Source: Vicinamibacterales bacterium (lineage in GTDB: Bacteria; Acidobacteriota; Vicinamibacteria; Vicinamibacterales; JAMQPK01). Taken from it: a stretch of DNA of 64,000 nt. The stretch covers positions 161,030 through 225,029 of the forward strand of contig CAVZIS010000011.1 in the NCBI GenBank assembly GCA_963775345.1, written 5' to 3'. The position numbers and the translations under genes are program-made. The notes below the pieces were generated by a model. That model was not told the origin of the DNA, did not search any database, and saw only the letters and a list, made by a program, of their open reading frames with translations. Shown in pieces: positions 57,991-64,000 of the stretch. Positions within the stretch are counted from its first letter, which is position 1, and every line of letters starts with the position of its first letter.

Positions 57991-59043
57991 ATGACCCAAA
58001 AGAGCCGCTATTTCCTTATCGCCTCGGCCGTGGTGTTGCTCGCGGGCGTCGGCGGCGGGTTGATTGCCTACCTGAATTACCGACGTGCCGCCGGGCTTCC
58101 CGCCGGCGTCCCGGCGGAAGTGCGATACGTCCCGGCGAACGCGGCGATTGTCGGCGTACGTCGAATGTGCGCGTGGTCATGAATTCGGAGCTGCGGCGGG
58201 CGCTGATGCCGACCATCGAAATGGGATCGCGCAAAGGCCGGCAGATGATGAACGACTTCGCCGGCATCGATCTCGAAAGACAGGTCGATCACGTCCTGGG
58301 CTACGTCGAGCCGCTGGATCCGCCAGGCCGCGAGCGCGGCCCGCCTCGCCCCCCAGCGCGATGATGCTGGTGCAGGGGCACGTTCGATCAGTCGCGGGTC
58401 GAGCAATTCATCCGCGACCGAGGGCGGCGTCATCGAGACCTACAACGGCCGCAAAATCTCTGTGCATCGCGACGGAGACCAAGATGTTGCGGTGGGATTC
58501 GTCGCGGCCCGACTTGATCGCCGGTCGGCCGTGCCAGCCTCGTGCGCCGCGCGCTGGATCTGTCGCCCAGCGACGGACCGCTCCAGCGCCACGGATCTCA
58601 CCAGCAAACCGAAGTCATGAGCTTGATCCGCGACATGTCCGGCAGCACGGCGTGGGTCGTCGGGCATTTCGATGCCGTCAGCCGGGGATGAAGCTGCCCA
58701 ACGGCTTCAGTCAGCAGGTGCCGCCGGTGCGGCTGGTTTCGGCGAGAGCCGACGTGAACGGCGGAGTGAAGGCGACGCTCCGCGCGGAGACGGGCGACCA
58801 GGCGGCGGCCGAACAGCTCCGCGAAGTCGTGCGCGGGTTCGTCGCGCTGGCGCGCCTGCACTCCGGCGCCAAGCCGGAGTTCGACAGCGTGTTGAAATCG
58901 ATCCAGCTGTCGGGCACCGACAAAACCGTCCAGATGACCGTCGCGGCGTCGCCCGGAAACGTTGCGCGTGCTCGCCCGCGTCCCCGGGACAACCCGGAAC
59001 CCGGAACCCGGAACCCCGGAACCCGGAACCCCGGAACCCTTGA
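57991..59043 (+). CDS. membrane-anchored hypothetical protein (many frameshifts; end uncertain)
   Basis: N-terminal TM; coding-like fragments ..GIDLERQVDHV.., ..AEQLREVVRGFVALARL.. Confidence 0.55.
58991..59039. repeat. 7/8-mer tandem array (ggaaccc)
   Basis: aacccggaacccggaacccggaaccccggaacccggaaccccggaaccc. Confidence 0.9.
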
Positions 59044-59074
59044 GGGTGCTACACTTTTTCGTCAATAGTCGACA

Positions 59075-59475
59075 ATGCCAGAGCAGGTGTTTTTCTACGG
59101 CACGCTGCGCACCGGCTTCAATCGCACCACGCGCGCAGGGGTTGACGCCTTCCTGAAGTTCACCGGCCGCGCCTCGATCGGCGCAAAGTTGTTCGACCTG
59201 GGAATCTATCCTGCGGCGGTTCCCGCAACCGATTCGCGCGTGTGGGGCGAAGTGTTCGAGATCACCGACCCGCCGAAAGTGCTCGCCGCCCTCGATCGCA
59301 TCGAGGGGCACCGTCCCGCAGAGCCCGAGCGGAGCCTCTACAACCGCGTGCGCGTCGCGCGACCCTGGATGATGGCAGGACGGAGGAGGTGTGGGTGTAT
59401 TTCTACAACGCGCCGCTCGGCCGCGCGCCGCGGATCACGTCAGGCGACTACATCGAACATTTGAAGAGCAAGTAG
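59075..59475 (+). CDS. gamma-glutamylcyclotransferase (AIG2-like; frameshift near 59360)
   Basis: FFYGTLRTG, LFDLGIYP, VWGEV, LDRIEG, WVYFYN..SGDY. Confidence 0.9.
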
Positions 59476-59613
59476 GTCCAACGCTAGAGTCCGGAGTCCA
59501 AGAGTCCAGAGTCGGAGCTAGCTAGCGGCTACCAGCGAGCCAAGCGCCCCTCTGCCTCATAACTCTGCCCTGTCTGCTGCCTGCCGCGCCGAAGCGCGCA
59601 GCGCGAAGGCGGG

Positions 59614-59996
59614 TTAGTTCAGCTGCATCGCCGCGGCTGACTGAACACGTCGTCCGGCCGGTCGAGCGATTCGTCGCGCGTCACTTCGTCTTCCTGTGTG
59701 ACCGTGCAGGTCACAACGCGGAATGTGCTTCGTTTCGCTGTCGAGCTTCAGCATCGAGAGCACCTGGAACCCGTCGAGATCGTCGATATCGAGGCACACG
59801 ATAATCAGGTGCGGTGTCAGACGCTTGATATGGCTGTAGGCGTGTTCGGTCGACTCAACGAACACGACGTCGTATTGGCCCGCGTCGAGCACGGTCTCCA
59901 GCAAGCCGTTGAGTTGAGACTGCTTGCTGACCACGACAACCTGCTGTGAGGGGATCTCCCCGTCAGCGGCGTTGTCGTTTCGGTGGTGGTCATCAT
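59614..59996 (-). CDS. atypical single-domain receiver-like protein (ends frameshifted)
   Basis: ..YDVVFVES..PHLIIVCLDIDDLDGFQVLSMLKLDSETKHIP. Confidence 0.65.
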
Positions 59997-60145
59997 GGTC
60001 GCTCGCCTCCGTCTCCTGCCCGCATCTAATACAAGAACCAGGCCAAGAGCACGGTGCGAGATTCGCAGGCGAAACGCTGCAGTTCGAACAGGTTGACAGA
60101 GAATGTCACCAAAAGTGCTGCACCAAAAGGGGTCGTCGGGCCGTA

Positions 60146-60175
60146 CAGAAAAGAGAGGGGAGCTGGACGCTCCCC
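60146..60175 (-). terminator. intrinsic terminator after TBDR gene
   Basis: minus strand GGGGAGC-GTCCA-GCTCCCC then TCTCTTTTCT. Confidence 0.65.
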
Positions 60176-60231
60176 CTGTCGTCCTCCGAACTCTGTCACT
60201 CCGAGACGTGCGAACCTCGAACCCGTCGAAT

Positions 60232-63200
60232 CTAGAACAGGAACTTCACCATGAAGTGCCCCTGCGCACCTTCGTTCCACAGGTCGGGCATGCCATATCG
60301 CGGATCGTAGCCATTGACCGGACCGTTGGGCGACGGTTGATGGCCGCGCGATAGTCGTATCCGTCGGCGAGGTTGATCAGGTGGAGATCCGCCGCCGCCG
60401 CCCCGCGGTTGCGGTTCAGCCCGACGAAACGGTGCCTGACTGTCTTCTGGTTGAAAAGGTTCAGGACGTTCAACTCGAACCGAATGCGGTCGCTCGCCGC
60501 GAACGCGGATCTCGTGCGACAGCAGGAGGTCGGTAGTCGCCAGGGCCGGCGTCCGGCCCATATCGCCCCGGCCTTCCGGAAACGACGAGCGTGTGGAGCG
60601 TTCTCACTTCGGTCGTCAGCGGCGTTCCGCTGCCGACGTACTGGTTCAGGCCGATCTGCGTGCCGAACGGCGTCATGTAGGCGCCGTAGAGCTTCAACAC
60701 GTGCGGCCGGTCTGTGGCGAGCCGGCCCGTGACGTCGAGGTTGCCGTTGGCGTCCCACATCATTTCGTCGAGGTCGAACGCGCGATTCGCGCTGCCACCA
60801 GGGCGGCGCAGTGCCGGCGCCCTGCTGCTGATCGAACGCGAACGAGCTGTTGCCCGGTGTGCGGATTTCGTCTGAGCTGGCAATGCCGGCGTAGTTCCCA
60901 TAGAGGCGGCTGAGCGTGTAGTTGCCGGCCAGGAACCAGTTGTTCGAGAACCGGCGATTGAGCGAGAACTGAAGCGCGTCGTATACGCGCTTCGGTCCTC
61001 GGAACGTTGAAGGGAGTCGTCGCGGTCGAGACGAATGCTGCTTCCACGAGCCCTTCGCCGGGGTTGCCGTAGGTATACACCTCGCTGCCGTCGATGAGCT
61101 GGCCGACGTCTTCGATCGTGCGAATCAGATTGTTGTGGATGTAGTTGACGGCCAGCACCGTTGTCGGCGCCAGCTGGTACTCCAAGCCGCCGCTGTAGCT
61201 GTCCTGGCTCATCGGCTTCATGTCCGGATCAAGCGCGTCTTCGGTGAAGCTCGGGATACGCCAGTCGGTATAGCCGAGCGCGCTGCCCAACAGGTCGCGG
61301 CCGGGCAGGTTGTTGACGTTGATGGTCGAAAGCTGCGACGGATCGTCGAGCGAACGATAATAGGTCTGCCAGAGGTCGCCTCCGAATGTGCCGCGTGCGA
61401 GCTCGTACTTCGTCCAGTCGATAATAACGGCCGTAGCTGCCGAACACTTTCATGCGGCCGTTGCCGAACAGGTCGTAGGCTGCGCCAATCCGCGGCGCGA
61501 ACTTCTCGCCCCAGCCGAATTCGATCGCGGTCTCTCTTTCCCTGAACGCCGGGATCTTCTCGTTCTCGAATCGGAGGCCGAGGTTGAGCGTCAGATTGCC
61601 TGCCGTCCACTGATCCTGCACGTAGAAATGCGCGATGTCTGCCATGTGTCTCCCCAAACGTGCCAAGGTCGTCGACTTCGTAATAGCCGTATGTCCCTGT
61701 GCCAGGAGGCGACGCCGGGCACGCTGCTCTGGAACGTCTGTCCCCACCACACGCTGACGCGGCCGCCCGGGTACCGCTTGTCGACGTCGTTCGAATTCCG
61801 GCGCATCCCGCCGCCCACTTTCAGGGTATGGAAGCCCGCGCCGCTGAACGAGGCGTTGTAGTCGGCCTGGAAATAGGTCTGCTTGGTCGTGTCGTGATCG
61901 ACGATATTCGACCGCCGGCGTGTTGATGTAGTCGGTCGGCCCCGCGAACTGTGCCGGGAACGTTCGGGGCCAGGCTGGACGGCGTGCGATACCAAATCGG
62001 CGTGGTCAGCGGAACGCCGGTGTCCTTGTAGTTGTCGTGGAAATGGCCGGCCTGCACGCGTACGAAGGAGGCACCGGCTCACGTGAATGTCGACGTTGCC
62101 GGTGAAATTCCGTCTGGTTGATTTCGAATCCACGCTCGAGATTCACGGCATTGGCGGCTTTCGTGCTCGAGAGATACTGCGAGGCAATGCCGTTGTAAGC
62201 CGGCAGCGTGCCCTCTGAAGTCGTCGGGGTGAACAACATGCCAAAGTACGCGTTCACGCGACGGCTTCCATAGCTGACTTTGCCGTAGGCGTTGGTGATC
62301 GTCTGGTCGCGTTTGATCTCACCGGGATCGGTGCCGCTGGCAAACAGATACTCGTTCGTCCTGCTTGCGAAGCGCGGCGAGATCGACCCGAAGAAGAACA
62401 GTTTGTCGCGCACGATCGGGCCGCCCAACGAGCCGCCGAGCTCATTCTGATGGTTCGGCTGCTTCGGCTCCTCCACCGTGAAGGCCGTGCGATCGTCGAT
62501 CGGCGAGATGACGAGGCGCGGAACGGGTCCGCCGCTGAGGCCGCTGCCCAGATAGTAGTAGTGCCCCTCGCCCGTGAACAGGTTGCCGCCGGACTTGGTC
62601 ACCGCGCTGATGACGCCGCCCAGCGCGCCGCCGTATTCGGCAGGGATGCCGACCGTCTTGACCTGGACTTCCTGCAGGTACTCGAACACCGTATTCTGCC
62701 GCGAATGTCCGTTCAACAAGCTGTTGGTCGCCACGCCGTCGACCGTGAACTGGTTTTCCGAGCCGCTGGCGCCGTTTACCTGAAATCCGCCTTCGATCTC
62801 GCCGGCGATTGACCGACGGCGCGGTCATCGCGATCGACTGGAAGCTGCGACCCTTCGGCATGCGGTCGATTTCTTCTGCCGTCACGTTGTGCGCGATCAG
62901 CGTGCTGCGGGTGTCGACGAGCGGCGCACTCTCGGCCGTCACCTGCACGGCCTCGGAAACGTTGCCGACTTTCATCGTCGCATCGATCGTGAAGGTCCGT
63001 CCGAGCAGCACGTTGACGTCGGGCATCTCCTGCCGCGCGAAGCCACTGAGCTCGAACCCGACTCTGTAACGCCCGGGCTCAATATCCAGCCGATAGAGTC
63101 CAGCCCCATCAGTGATGGCCGTCAGTCACGCGCCCGGTCTGGATGTTTGTGAGCGTCACCGTGACGCCCGGCAGCACACCGCCGCTGGCGTCTGTGAGTG

Positions 63201-63331
63201 TTCCCGTGACTGTGCCGGTGCGCTCCTGAGCCTGCACTGATATGGGCAGGTCCGAGCAGCACGCCGAGCGACAAGAGGAAGCACAGCAGCAATGAGGCTG
63301 CCTGGCTTCGTTCCCGTCGTCCCGTATTCAT
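60232..63331 (-). CDS. Oar-like TonB-dependent receptor with carboxypeptidase regulatory-like N-terminus (many frameshifts)
   Basis: GVLPGVTVTL, PAEYGGALGGVISAVTKSG, FYVQDQW, APRIGAAYD, DRPHVLK, terminal VKFLF. Confidence 0.9.
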
Positions 63332-63621
63332 AGCCTCTCCTTAAAAAATGGCCTCAGCCGTTACGTATTACGTCCAAGGCGTCTCCACTAACCAGAAAGA
63401 TGCCAAATGAGCTAACGGGCCTAAGTCTAGCAAATTGCTAACAATTTCAAGGGGCATCCCAATCAAATTGCATGGAGATTCGGGAATTTGGTGATCAAGA
63501 ATCCAAAATTATGGAGTGAAGCGTTCTCTGACGACACGCGCAAATACCTGCAAATCTCATGAAGCTGTAGGAGCTATCCTGTCTACAGGGATCTCGGACA
63601 AACACCGATAAGACCGGACGT

Positions 63622-64000
63622 ATGCGACAACGAATTTTCACGCTGTCACTGCTTGCCGCGGTGCAACTGAGTGGCTGTTCAGCCCGCATCGGCTCAGGCT
63701 CCCACGGGCAACATCTCGGGCCGCGTGTTTTCGTCTGATGGTCAGCCGCTCCCGGTGTCGTTGTATCTCGGTGACGTCGCCGAATCTGCAGGGCACGCGG
63801 ACGGCTGTCAGTTCCGCGACCGGCGACTATCTGATCGCGCTGCTTCCTCCCGGCACTTACACGCTCACGTTCGAGCTCGATGGTTTCCAGGCTGTGCAGC
63901 GCGTGCAGGCGCTTGCCGGAACTCAAAACGCGCCGCTCGACGTCACGCTGCGCCGGCGGGCGTCAGCGTCGCGGTCAACGTCGTCGGGCGACGCGCAGCC
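63622..64000 (+). CDS. N-terminus of a second TBDR-like protein (frameshifted, runs off window)
   Basis: signal peptide; GQPLPGV..SPNLQGTRT..GDY..LLPPGTYTLTFELDGF. Confidence 0.75.

Overview
GC-rich bacterial chromosomal window. Gene content (Oar-like TonB-dependent receptors, DUF1080, DUF4097/anti-sigma/ECF module) and the intergenic repeat style suggest Acidobacteriota, probably Vicinamibacteria; this is inference. Many conserved genes (pntB, ftsH, sppA, rng, tsaD, mtnA) are split by single-base frameshifts, so this looks like unpolished long-read sequence and many gene ends are approximate. Core content: ppiD, mreBCD-mrdA-rodA-rng, a nucleoside salvage/ABC uptake cluster with mtnA and tsaD, an ECF sigma module, tRNA-Leu(CAG), ABC-2 transporters and two TBDRs. 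Best leads: (1) a lower-GC gene beside tRNA-Leu that reassembles across two frameshifts into a TIR domain fused to an APRT-like phosphoribosyltransferase, a candidate nucleotide-sensing defence protein; (2) a four-helix-bundle gene plus an MGMT gene inside a nested inverted/direct repeat element that supplies the MGMT start codon; (3) a cytidine deaminase with an ABM-like N-terminal domain and DRR/FxGxDRR repeats resembling a c-di-GMP-binding motif; (4) matched short tandem arrays bracketing single genes. A C-free purine-rich block at 5.2-6.0 kb is probably a basecalling artefact.
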